Shown: positions 1 to 9,332, numbered from the stretch's first letter. The stretch: DNA of 64,000 nt from Planctomycetota bacterium (GCA_965223265.1 OZ244999.1:1984001-2048000), one strand, 5' to 3'. Notes: generated by a model from the sequence alone, not told the origin. Program-made: numbers and translations.

Positions 1-1
1 A

Positions 2-481
2 CAGCGAAATGCCTGGTTCTGGCAGGAAGATCAGGTCTTGCCGCACGCGATCAGCAAGGACGTTTACCGAGAGATCCGCCACCAGGTCAAGGTCTCGACG
101 TTCCTGTTCCTCGCAACTGACGAGAATGAACTCCTCTACATGACGGACATACCGAGTCGATCACGACCGTTTCGAGTCATCAGCGCGCTTGTCGATACGG
201 ATTGGTACCCGGCCTCCTATCCGTGGCACTGCGTTCTGGAGCTCGATCGCGATGCGAGCGAGGTCACCATCGCCAAGGGCGAACCCCTCTGCCGTCTCTT
301 CACCGTACGACGAGACGATTACTTCGCGCGTGAAATGTCCCAGAGCGAGTTTGAGGACTTCTTCAACCGCACGCAGGAGTGGCTTGCCCGCTATGGTAAG
401 GGCGAGCACGAGGGGATGGTCGACATCACCGGCAATTACGTTAAACAGCAGCGACTGTCGCGTTTTTCCGTGATTTTGTAG
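2..481 (+). CDS. 5'-truncated hypothetical protein, DUF6065-like
   Basis: Frame is open from the window edge. Motifs 'ALVDTDWYP' and 'IAKGEPLCRLF' resemble DUF6065 proteins. Ends in TAG. Confidence 0.6.
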   Translation, partial: QRNAWFWQEDQVLPHAISKDVYREIRHQVKVSTFLFLATDENELLYMTDIPSRSRPFRVISALVDTDWYPASYPWHCVLELDRDASEVTIAKGEPLCRLFTVRRDDYFAREMSQSEFEDFFNRTQEWLARYGKGEHEGMVDITGNYVKQQRLSRFSVIL

Positions 482-516
482 CCACGAACTCGGTGTCACC
501 GTCGATGTGGGGGTGG

Positions 517-897
517 GCGAGTGCGAAAGTAGCAGGCACACTCCGTGTGCCGTCCGGTCTTGTATAGCGTGTGCGAGTGCGAGTGCGAAAGTAGCAGGCA
601 CACTCCGTGTGCCGTCCGGTCTTGTATAGCGTGTGCGAGTGCGAGTGCGAAAGTAGCAGGCACACTCCGTGTGCCGTCCGGTCTTGTATAGCGTGTGCGA
701 GTGCGAGTGCGAAAGTAGCAGGCACACTCCGTGTGCCGTCCGGTCTTGTATAGCGTGTGCGAGTGCGTGTGCGAAAGTAGCAGGCACACTCCGTGTGCCG
801 TCCGGTCTTGTATAGCGTGTGCGAGTGCGAGTGCGAAAGTAGCAGGCACACTCCGTGTGCCGTCCGGTCTTGTATAGCGTGTGCGAGTGCGTGTGCG
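517..897 (+). repeat. Tandem array of 6 x 62-bp units, each containing a GTAG-type REP palindrome
   Basis: AAAGTAG recurs at 526, 588, 650, 712, 774 and 836. Core is GTAG-CA-GGCACAC-TCC-GTGTGCC (7-bp hairpin). There are no unique spacers. Confidence 0.92.
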
Positions 898-966
898 TGG
901 GAGTGGGGAGTACTCCGCTTCTGACTCTGTATCCGTATGTACCTCTCTCTCTGTGTCCGTCTCTGT

Positions 967-1522
967 CCCCATTGTTGCAAAAGAGAAGCACTTTTAGGTC
1001 GTGCGCGTCTGCGTGGCCCGTGGGCTTGACCGTGGGCGTTCTGTCTCTGACTCCGTCTCCGTCTCTGCCTCTGACTCCGTCTCCGTCTCCGTCTCTGTCT
1101 GACTCTGATCGGCGTGTGCCAGACCGGACGACACACGGCACTGCCTGCTCCGTTGGACGGTCTTCCTTCGTTGACCTGGTTTCCTTTCGTTCAACTCTTG
1201 TTCTGATCTCTTGAATCTCGAACAGAAGCAAACGAAGATGAGGCAGAGAAGCGCCAGGCGCTTGAGGATCCACGCCCACGGGAACGGGAACGGCCGTCGC
1301 GCACGCCGACAGGGCCAGACGGCACACTCCGTGTGCTTGCTACGTTGAAGAGGCGCCCACGCCCACGGTCACGGTCACGGTCCACGGTCCACACGCACGC
1401 GCACGCAAACGCAAACGCAAACGCAAACGCAAACGCAAACGCAAACGCAAACGCAAACGCAAACGCAAACGCAAACGCAAACGCGCACGGCCTTGAAGCG
1501 CTTTTCTTTTGCAACAATGGGG
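967..1522. repeat. Segment bounded by a 48-bp imperfect inverted repeat (967-1014 / ~1475-1522), containing hexamer tracts and minus-strand REP copies
   Basis: CCCCATTGTTGCAAAAGAGAAGCACTTTTAGGTCGTGCGCGTCTGCGT versus the reverse complement of the right arm CCCCATTGTTGCAAAAGAAAAGCGCTTCAAGGCCGTGCGCGTTTGCGT (6 mismatches). Confidence 0.8.
1405..1482 (+). repeat. (GCAAAC)13 hexamer microsatellite
   Basis: Perfect hexamer run, directly visible. Confidence 0.95.
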
Positions 1523-1604
1523 TCTGCCTCCGTCTCCGTCTCCGCCTCTTCCGTTCCCCGGAGCGAACTCCTCCCAGCTCGAACGACCGCTCCCGGCTCG
1601 TTTC

Positions 1605-3857
1605 TCACCCCTTCTCAAACATCCGCTCGAGCCACTCGTACGCCTCGTATCGGGTGGCGTCTGGAAAGTCGTGCTCGCTGTCGGGATAACGCGCCGTCAG
1701 GGCTGCCGAGGCATCCTGGAGAGCGTAGACTCGGCGCGCGGCGTCGACCACCTTGCGGACGCCGGTGACATCGAAGTTGCTGTCGTGCTGCGGTGCGCAA
1801 ATGAAAAACGGACGCGGTGCGAGGGCGGCGACGAACTCGTAAAAGTCGAACGGCACTCGATCGGGGTTGTTGCCATAGACGTCGCGGATGCGCGGCATGT
1901 AGCGGTCGCTTGTCCAGCCCGCGAGTCGTCCTTCGTAGTAGTGATGGAAGGCGGTGAAGCCGCAGCTGGAGATCACAGCGCGAATCCTCTGGTCGAATAC
2001 CGCCGAGAAAATCGCATTGTGGCCGCCCAGCGAATGCCCGATGCAGCCGATGCGCCTGGGATTCACCTGGGGTAGGGACTCGAGCAGATCGATGGCCCTA
2101 ACGTTGTTCCAGATGGCCTTCATCGTACCGCTCGCGTAGCGTGTGTGGATGGAGCTCTGCTCGAAGTCGTACTCGTAGCTGCCGAACGACGGATAGTCGG
2201 GCACGAGACAGATGTATCCGCGTTCGGCAAGCTCGTGAGCGTAGTGAAGAGAGGGTCTGCCGCCGAGTCCTGCCGGTTCATCCTTGCCGAGTCGAACGGT
2301 TTGGTGCAGGCAAAGCATCGCTGCGTTGCGACGTCCTGCACGGAGTTTCTTCGGAAGCAGTAAGTACGCCGGCACGCGATCTCCCGACTCGGCGGCGAAA
2401 GTGATCGTGCGTCGAAGGTAGGTGCCAGCGTCGACTTCGGACGCGACCTGCACGTCGAGAGGTACGCGTCGCGTCGTTTCAGGGAACCGTCCCATCGCAC
2501 GTTGCGCACCCTCGAGCACGTGGGATCGCCGTCGACCCCAGTCGCGTGCGGTTCCGATGGTTTGGCGGGCACCGGCGGCATTCATCCAGACGGAGAGGTC
2601 GCTGTGATCGGGATAGAATGCCGCCATGGCGGGGCGAACCGGCGGCGCGGCGCGCGAGTTGGTCAGATTCTCGAGCCAGAAGAGGCCGCTTCGTCCCGGC
2701 GCGATGAGGTCGAGGTCGCCGTCGGCGTCGAGATCGACCGCCTTCGGATCGAGCCCAAAGCCGACGTCCGCACCGACTGAGATCGCCCGACGTCGCCATG
2801 TGGAACTGTCGGGAACGAACTCGTAGCTGTAGACGACCAACGGGTCGTAGGCGCCTGGATCTTTGCCGTCGTGAGCCATGTACCGCTTGCCCACGACAAT
2901 CTCGATCTTTCCATTGCCGTCGAGGTCTGCTGCCAGTGGTGCATGACCCTGAGACCAGCTGGAGTCGATCGTGTGATGATTCCAGCGGCGCGGGCGGCCG
3001 TCGCTCCTCTGCTCAAGCCAGTAGAGGCCAAAATCGTGTCCGCGTGCCCACACGATGTCTTGGTCGCCATCACCTTCAACGTCGAGCACCAAGATCGGAA
3101 TGCTCGCGGCACCGAGATCGAACTCTTCGTGCCAGAGCCATGCCCCTGTGTGCCGATCTCGGGGGGCTTGGAGCCACCCGAGAGGTGCGACGATGTCACC
3201 TCTGCCGTCGCCATTGATGTCTCCGAACCCGATTCCGTGGCCGTCTGCCTCCGACGGGAGGTCGTGTCGGGTCCAAGTGGCGCTCCCCTTCGCCGCTTCG
3301 ATGTCCCACCAAGCGACGAAACCGCGACCGTTTGGTAGCAGGTCGAGGTCGCCGTCGCCATCAACGTCGATCAGGCGACCAGTCTCCATCGCCCCGGGCC
3401 TATCGATGACGTGTTCACTCCAGGTGCCGAGTGTGGCGCCAGGGTGTTCGATCCAGGCGAGCTTGCGGCTACGGAAGTTTGCCGAGACGAAATCGGTCCA
3501 GCCGTCGCCGTTCAGGTCGATCGGCTGGTTGGAGTAGCCATCGAAACGTCCGCGAATCTCTTCAACCTTTCGGACGTGGTGGTGCTTCCACCGCGGCGCC
3601 TCGTACCAGTAGGCACCGGAGACGATGTCGAGCCGGCCATCGTGGTTGACGTCGATCGCGGCGCAGGCACTGAAGGTCGATTCGGCGTTGATCGTGTGTT
3701 TCTTGAAGCGAAGGTCTTCTGCGTTGGCATGCGGCCATCGCAAGACGGCGTCGAGCAGCAGCAAGGCCAGTAGCGGCACGATGGACACAGTACCGCGTCC
3801 ATATCTCTTGCGAACTCGTTCGAGCGGCCGGGGTCGCGAAAAAAAGCGTGTCGGCAT
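1605..3857 (-). CDS. Secreted FG-GAP/VCBS-repeat protein fused to an alpha/beta-hydrolase (esterase-like)
   Basis: Repeated D-x-[ND]-G-D-G-x-x-D motifs, a C-terminal GHSLGG nucleophile elbow and a hydrophobic signal segment. The true start may be slightly downstream. Confidence 0.85.
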   Translation of the reverse strand: MPTRFFSRPRPLERVRKRYGRGTVSIVPLLALLLLDAVLRWPHANAEDLRFKKHTINAESTFSACAAIDVNHDGRLDIVSGAYWYEAPRWKHHHVRKVEEIRGRFDGYSNQPIDLNGDGWTDFVSANFRSRKLAWIEHPGATLGTWSEHVIDRPGAMETGRLIDVDGDGDLDLLPNGRGFVAWWDIEAAKGSATWTRHDLPSEADGHGIGFGDINGDGRGDIVAPLGWLQAPRDRHTGAWLWHEEFDLGAASIPILVLDVEGDGDQDIVWARGHDFGLYWLEQRSDGRPRRWNHHTIDSSWSQGHAPLAADLDGNGKIEIVVGKRYMAHDGKDPGAYDPLVVYSYEFVPDSSTWRRRAISVGADVGFGLDPKAVDLDADGDLDLIAPGRSGLFWLENLTNSRAAPPVRPAMAAFYPDHSDLSVWMNAAGARQTIGTARDWGRRRSHVLEGAQRAMGRFPETTRRVPLDVQVASEVDAGTYLRRTITFAAESGDRVPAYLLLPKKLRAGRRNAAMLCLHQTVRLGKDEPAGLGGRPSLHYAHELAERGYICLVPDYPSFGSYEYDFEQSSIHTRYASGTMKAIWNNVRAIDLLESLPQVNPRRIGCIGHSLGGHNAIFSAVFDQRIRAVISSCGFTAFHHYYEGRLAGWTSDRYMPRIRDVYGNNPDRVPFDFYEFVAALAPRPFFICAPQHDSNFDVTGVRKVVDAARRVYALQDASAALTARYPDSEHDFPDATRYEAYEWLERMFEKG

Positions 3858-3993
3858 GGACGTCTCCGGACTCTGTGACTACAGCGGAACCTGAGCTTCA
3901 CTGTAGTGGCGAAAAATAGATGCTGATGGTTTCAGAAGCGCCTGTTAAGAAAAGAACGGCGGACAACGACCAGAGATAAGAAAGACGACGTCC

Positions 3994-5421
3994 ATGCTCA
4001 AGGAAAACTATCCATACTACCTTGGCGGCGAGCCGGTTTACGCCAACGAAGAACTCGAGGTGAGGGACAAATACAGCGGCACGCTGGCGACGCGTGTGGC
4101 GCTGGCCGACGACAGCGCGATTGACAGGGCCATCGGTCGAGCTGTCGCCGCAACCGAGGCGTGTGCGCGTCTGCGGGCACATCAGCGCCAGGCAGTCCTC
4201 GAGCATTGCGTGCGACGCTTCCAGGAACGGTTCGAGGAGCTGGCGGTCACGCTCTGCGTGGAGGCTGGCAAGCCCATCAAGGACAGTCGTGGTGAGGTCA
4301 GTCGCCTGATCGACACGTTTAAGATTGCGGCCGAGGAGGCGGTGCGGCTCAACGGCGAAGTCCTGGCGCTCGATCGGACGCCGCGCACGCAGAACTACTC
4401 GGGCATGTGGAAACGCGTTCCGGTCGGGCCGTGCTCTTTCATCTCGCCGTTTAACTTCCCGCTCAATTTGGCGGCTCACAAGGTTGCGCCGGCCCTGGCC
4501 GTTGGTTGTCCGTTCGTCCTGAAGCCTGCGAGCCTCACTCCTCTCGGTGCGCTGATCATCGGCGAGGTGCTGGCGGAGACTGATCTTCCCGACGGGGCGT
4601 TTTCCATTTTGCCCTGCCGTCGCGACGGCGCTCGCCTGTTCACGGAGGATGACCGTTTTAAGTTGCTGAGCTTCACGGGTTCGCCGACTGTCGGTTGGGA
4701 TTTGAAGGCGCGCGCCGGAAAGAAAAAAGTCGTCCTTGAGCTCGGGGGCAACGCTGCCTGCATCGTCGATGCAGACGCCGACCTTGACGACGCAGTAGAG
4801 CGGATTGTGTTTGGGGCCTTCTATCAATCTGGCCAAAGCTGCATCGGTGTGCAGCGTATTCTGATCCACGATGCGGTGTACGACCGATTGAAGACCAAGC
4901 TTGTAGCTGCGACGCAAGCGCTCAAGATGGGTGATCCCAAGGATCCGGAGACGTTCATTGGTCCACTGATTTCCGAGCGTGAGGCTGTCCGCCTCGAGAA
5001 TTGGATTCAAGCCTCCGTCGCGGCCGGCGGAGAACTCTTGTGCGGTGGCCACCGTGACGGCGCTATGCTCGAAGCGTCGCTTCTCGAAAGCGTGCCCAGC
5101 GACCAAGATCTCTGTACCAAAGAGGCCTTCGGTCCGGTCGCAGTTTTGTCGCGGTTTTCGGACTTCGACGCCGCACTCGACGAAGTGAACGATAGCGTCT
5201 TCGGGCTCCAAGCAGGCATCTTCACGCGCGACCTGTATCGTGCGCAGCGGGCTTGGGATCGCCTTGAGGTTGGCGGCGTCGTCATTGGCGACGTTCCATC
5301 TTGGCGTGCCGATGCGATGCCGTACGGTGGCGTCAAGGAAAGCGGTCTCGGGCGCGAAGGTATCCGCTGGGCGATCGAGGACATGACGGAAGTGCGCCTC
5401 TTGGTGATTCGGACGCCGTGA
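3994..5421 (+). CDS. Aldehyde dehydrogenase family protein
   Basis: PFNFP, LKPAS, FTGS, LELGGNA, GQSCI (catalytic Cys), EAFGP and PYGGVKESG motifs. Confidence 0.95.
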   Translation: MLKENYPYYLGGEPVYANEELEVRDKYSGTLATRVALADDSAIDRAIGRAVAATEACARLRAHQRQAVLEHCVRRFQERFEELAVTLCVEAGKPIKDSRGEVSRLIDTFKIAAEEAVRLNGEVLALDRTPRTQNYSGMWKRVPVGPCSFISPFNFPLNLAAHKVAPALAVGCPFVLKPASLTPLGALIIGEVLAETDLPDGAFSILPCRRDGARLFTEDDRFKLLSFTGSPTVGWDLKARAGKKKVVLELGGNAACIVDADADLDDAVERIVFGAFYQSGQSCIGVQRILIHDAVYDRLKTKLVAATQALKMGDPKDPETFIGPLISEREAVRLENWIQASVAAGGELLCGGHRDGAMLEASLLESVPSDQDLCTKEAFGPVAVLSRFSDFDAALDEVNDSVFGLQAGIFTRDLYRAQRAWDRLEVGGVVIGDVPSWRADAMPYGGVKESGLGREGIRWAIEDMTEVRLLVIRTP

Positions 5422-6407
5422 GTGTGTTTGGCATGACAGCGACTTCTCCGTGTTTCGGCATCCCGGGTCGCAGCTGTCGTCGCCGCAAGTCGCTTGCGGT
5501 TCTGGTGGCGCTAGCGATCACCGTCGCTCGAACCGACGCGATGCATGGACAGGAAGGCGGAATCGAGGTTTTCGCCGCGGAGACGCTTTTCGGGCAAGGG
5601 TGGAGACTTTCGGCCAGCCATCTTTACAAACGCAAGGGCAACGTCTTTCGGGGAGACCGGCACCAAAACGACCCTCTGGATCGCCTCTTCGAGGAGCAGC
5701 GCTTCGTTGCTGGCGTCGACTATGGCGTGCTCCCGGCGTTGACCCTTTCCTTGCTCGTCCCCACTGTCTACAAGTCACAGCGGCAACGGGTGAGCGGTGG
5801 TGGGCGAGAGCGTCTGGAATCTTTCGGCCTCGGCGACGTGGCGCTCTTGGGGAAGTATCGCGTGTTCAAGCGCGACTGGGAGCGTGGCGCGTTCCACCTG
5901 GCGGTTATCTCGGGGCTGGAGTTCCCCTCCGGCGACACTGACGCCGACGAGGATGGCGTCCGCTTGCCACCAGCGCTGCAGCCAGGTCTTGGGGCATGGA
6001 ACCCGGTGACGGCGCTTGCAGCGAACCTCGAGCTGGACCTTTTCCGCTTCGATGGCCTCTTCTTTTACAAGATCAACACTGAAGGAGCGCAGGACTTCGA
6101 AGCCGGCGACTTCATTGTTGTCGAGTTTGATGCCCACTATCGCTTCTTGCACACTCAGTACCCCGGGCCGACCGCAAGTGCCAAACTCGGCGTGCAGTGG
6201 CGTCACGAAATGCGCGACGAGTTGGATGGGCATCGCGTTCGTAACTCCGGTGCGGACGTCATCGCTCTGCGTCCGGGCGTGTCGTGGCATCCTTTGCCGC
6301 AAATCGACATCAGTGTCACACTGGACGTTCCGATCTATCGCTATGTCAGAGGCGAACAACTGGTGTTGGACGTGCGGACGTTCTTTGCAGTAGGCTTGCG
6401 ATTTTGA
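5418..6407 (+). CDS. Outer-membrane beta-barrel 'transporter' (Phenol_MetA_deg-like family)
   Basis: Signal peptide, 'GLGDVALLGKYR' and 'GLEFPSGD' motifs, amphipathic strands and a C-terminal Phe (VGLRF). Start is either GTG 5418 (GTGA overlap with the ALDH stop) or ATG 5433. Confidence 0.75.
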   Translation: MSVFGMTATSPCFGIPGRSCRRRKSLAVLVALAITVARTDAMHGQEGGIEVFAAETLFGQGWRLSASHLYKRKGNVFRGDRHQNDPLDRLFEEQRFVAGVDYGVLPALTLSLLVPTVYKSQRQRVSGGGRERLESFGLGDVALLGKYRVFKRDWERGAFHLAVISGLEFPSGDTDADEDGVRLPPALQPGLGAWNPVTALAANLELDLFRFDGLFFYKINTEGAQDFEAGDFIVVEFDAHYRFLHTQYPGPTASAKLGVQWRHEMRDELDGHRVRNSGADVIALRPGVSWHPLPQIDISVTLDVPIYRYVRGEQLVLDVRTFFAVGLRF

Positions 6408-6466
6408 GATCTTTGTAAGGTCTGAACGTTGCGCCGTCTATCGAAGGAACCACTCGAGGAGAGAGT

Positions 6467-7027
6467 ATGCTGAAAAGACGCGCAAGTGCCGCGGTTTGGG
6501 CAGCGGTCTATGTTTCCAGCCTCGTTGGCTGCATGACGGCATCCAATGAATTGCCGCCTGGTGTGCGTCCGTTTGCTGAGGTGACGCTTCTCTTCGAGAG
6601 CTGAATCTGAAACGACAAGGCCTTCGGTTTGGAGAAGGCCTTGCGGCGCCAGGCTGGTGCCGACACCGTGACGCTCGACACCCGCAAGGGGACTGCGACT
6701 TTTACGTACAACACGCCGCGCCAGATTGACTTTGGTTCGATTCAGCGCGCGGCTCACACGGCCGCCTACACGATCAAAAGGCTTGAGCTAAGTGTGCTCG
6801 GCCAGTTGACGAGCGCGGCGTGTGCTGCCTGTCAAAAGGATGTGCCGCACTTGAAGGTCGATCAGACGGGGCAACTCCTGGAAATCCGAGGCGACCTCAG
6901 TGGGGTTGCCACCGGCACCCGCGCCCGACTGCTCGGCCGCACCGGGAAATGGGGCCGCGACCGTTTTGGCGCGCTCAGACCGCGGCCACACGTTGTTCTC
7001 GACGTTGTAACCTTGACGGCGGAGTGA
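6467..7027 (+). CDS. HMA-fold lipoprotein, probable selenoprotein with two in-frame TGA (Sec46 and Sec48, U-I-U)
   Basis: RBS GAGGAG before ATG 6467 and lipobox LVGC. The frame reads EVTLLFES-TGA-I-TGA-NDKAFGLEKALRR and continues in frame into ORF 6629..7027, which has an HMA-like beta-alpha-beta-beta-alpha-beta pattern and a later CAAC. A hairpin follows the TGAs. Confidence 0.75.
6617..6642 (+). promoter_or_regulatory. Putative bacterial SECIS hairpin
   Basis: AAGGCCTTC-GGTTTGGA-GAAGGCCTT, a 9-bp stem with a G-starting loop 16 and 22 nt after the two TGA codons. Confidence 0.65.
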
Positions 7028-7129
7028 GGGCGGGCGCCAGGCGGTCGGCGCCTTTGCAGCAGCGAGAGAAGCGGCTCCGCTTCGCCTTTCCATACGGGCG
7101 TTCGCGCATCAGTCCCTTCGTGGTGCGAT

Positions 7130-7591
7130 CTATCGATGCGCTTTGTGACAACCGCGACACGACCGGCCGATCGCTGAGAGCGCCGACTTCGCTGCGGAGT
7201 GCTTGTTAGCGGTCGTCGCGGCCGCAAGCTTCTTGGTATCGGCGGCGTACTCCCGAACGTACTTCGACCAAGAGCCGCTGCTACCTTTCGCCGGCTGCGT
7301 GCGTGCCAGGGCCGTCGAGAGGTGGGCGACAACTGCAGCCTTGGCTCGCACTGCCGCCCACGACTTGTCGTCAGCAGGGCTCTTTGCCAGATCCTTCTTG
7401 AGCTGTTGGACAAGCCCGCCCTTGCCGTTGACCACGATCATAATGTCAGTCGCGGTCAGCGCGCCGCCGCGCTTTCCCTGAGCATCGAGGCTCGGAATCG
7501 TTGTGGATACTCGCCGCGGCGCGACGAGCGCCGCAGCGCTCAGCCCTACTGCAGTAGCTAAGATCCATAGCGCACAGCGACGAGGTGTCAT
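7130..7591 (-). CDS. Cytochrome c'-like (class II) single-heme protein
   Basis: Signal peptide, helical body, C-terminal CRGCH heme motif and RBS AAAGGAG. Confidence 0.85.
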   Translation of the reverse strand: MTPRRCALWILATAVGLSAAALVAPRRVSTTIPSLDAQGKRGGALTATDIMIVVNGKGGLVQQLKKDLAKSPADDKSWAAVRAKAAVVAHLSTALARTQPAKGSSGSWSKYVREYAADTKKLAAATTANKHSAAKSALSAIGRSCRGCHKAHR

Positions 7592-7615
7592 GTCGAGCTC
7601 TCCTTTTTCTTGGCG

Positions 7616-9061
7616 TCAGTCACCCTGCTTCGCAGCGCGATCGTTCTTGATCAGCCGCTCGACCGCCTGGTTGAGCTTTTCCGGGGAGAATCCCACGTGA
7701 TGGCGCACGACGCGCCCGCTGCGATCGACGAAGAAGTTGGTCGGGTAGAGAAGGACGCCGTATGTGTTGTCCGCGATCGCACCTCCCATAAGAAGAACTT
7801 TCTGCTTCAGTTTCATCTCGCTGACGAACTTGGCGATGGTTGGGCCAGGTTCGTCCCAACCGTTCACGGCGACAATCACAAGACCTTGGTCACGATACTT
7901 CTCTTGCAGTTTGCTGAGGTAGGGAGCCTCCCTACGACAGGGTCCTCACCCGTAGCCCCAAAAACTCAAGATGGCTGGTTTGTCTTTGGTCAACTCCTTG
8001 AAGCTGACTTCCTTGCCGTCGAGGTCCTTGAGCTTGAAGTCGGGAGCTTGCCGGCCAAGTACTTTAGCGAGCATCTTGCCGGCTTCGGTCGCCTCGAAGA
8101 AGGAGTGGAACGCTTCGAGACGCAGCTCGAGCACGTCAGACAGGATCGCCACCGGCGTCGCCTTCGCCTTGGCTGCGAAGGCGGTGACCGCTGCCTTGAT
8201 TTCCGCGGACGGTGGGCGTTTGTCGAACACTGCTAGGGTGTTATCGAATGCATCGACCACCGAACTCCACGATGGTTTGGTGGCGCCTTTGAGTGCACCG
8301 CCTGTGTCGCGTTTGAGCTCGATCGTTTGCGCCAGGACGATCGTTTGATCGTCGACGGTAACGTCCACGGCGAGCGAGCGCTTAAACGACTCAACCTCAC
8401 CAGTCTCGGGATGCAGTTCGTAGCGGGCGCTGTAACTTTTTAGTTTCGACGGATTCTCCTGCAGCTCGAACTTGCGCGCTTCGCCGTCGCCGTTACCGGC
8501 GTTGAGAGCCCGTTCGATCACACGGCCGCTGGAATCGACGGTCGTAACGAAGGGAAGCTTCAGCGTCGCTGCGTTGAGGACGTTCAGCTCTGCATCGCTC
8601 TCAAGCTGCATGCCCTTCGCGGGCACCTGGAACGCCGGCAAGAGCTCGATGGGAAAGAAGATGTTGAGACCATGTGTCTCCTCACCGAGCTCGTGCGCCA
8701 CCGGGCTCGAATCGTCGGGGGACAGCGAATAGCCGCCCGGCGATGTCTGGAGGCCGAAGTATTCAGTCGTGGCGTACTTTGTGCCCGCCTCATCATCGAT
8801 CAGGCGCGTGATTCGCACTGACGTCGGGGATCGCCCTTCAATCATGACGTGGGCGGCGTAGGGAGAAGACGATGTCTCGTCTCCGATCGTTTGCGACAAC
8901 ACGGTCTTGCCGGAATAAATGGCGACCATTCCAGGCGCGGGGGTGCCAGCGCCTGGTTCGCCCCAGATCGCATCCGGGCACGCGCCGAGAACGACGGCGA
9001 GCAGTCCAAGCCGGCTGAATGCGAGCCAGCGTCCGCCGCGGTGCAAGCAAAGAGGATTCAT
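7616..9061 (-). CDS. Exported TlpA/thioredoxin-like (redoxin) domain selenoprotein, UxxC (Sec372)
   Basis: ORFs 7946..9061 and 7616..7879 are one frame: APDFKLKDLDGKEVS...AILSFWGYG-TGA-GPCRREAPYLSKLQEKYRDQGLVIVAVN...YPTNFFVDRSGRV. The TGA occupies the first Cys of CxxC. Confidence 0.9.
7919..7935 (-). promoter_or_regulatory. Putative bacterial SECIS hairpin
   Basis: Minus strand GTAGGGA-GGC-TCCCTAC begins 10 nt after the in-frame TGA (7946-7948). Confidence 0.7.
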
Positions 9062-9332
9062 AAGCGCTCCAAGTTAAGTGGACATGAGCCGGCGAAGAAA
9101 CGCGAACGCGCAGCCTGTCCCGGGCTCATCGCAAGCGTTTGACTCTGGTGACGGGATAGCGTAGTCACTCTCACTACGGCAGGGGACGGGTGGCCGCGAG
9201 CGGCACGCCGTGCGCCCATCGGCGCCAAGAAGACCGGCCACCCAGTCTACCAAGCGAACGCGCATGGCGGTAGGATCGTTCCCTTCGGATCCTCGCTCGG
9301 CGGCGAGGACTCACCGAGCCGCCGAGCCATGC

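Noticed and set aside
517-897. CRISPR array
   Set aside because: Units are identical end to end with no unique spacers, and there are no cas genes in the window.
161-1768. Several ORFs with RTRTRT, ANANAN, FAFAFA or CVCVCV sequences
   Set aside because: They are translations of non-coding tandem and hexamer repeats.
3898-5211. Long antisense ORFs (e.g. 3898-5211, 11127-12773, 47204-48448)
   Set aside because: Shadow frames of well-supported genes in high-GC DNA.
7592-7618. Read-through of the redoxin's terminal TGA into the in-frame cytochrome c' gene
   Set aside because: The cytochrome has its own RBS (AAAGGAG) and signal peptide, and the TGA is not in a Cys-motif context.
6467-9061. Pseudogenes or an alternative genetic code (TGA=Trp/Gly)
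   Set aside because: TGA is used as a normal stop by many genes here and the ORFs are otherwise intact. The internal TGAs fall only in Cys-type motifs followed by hairpins.
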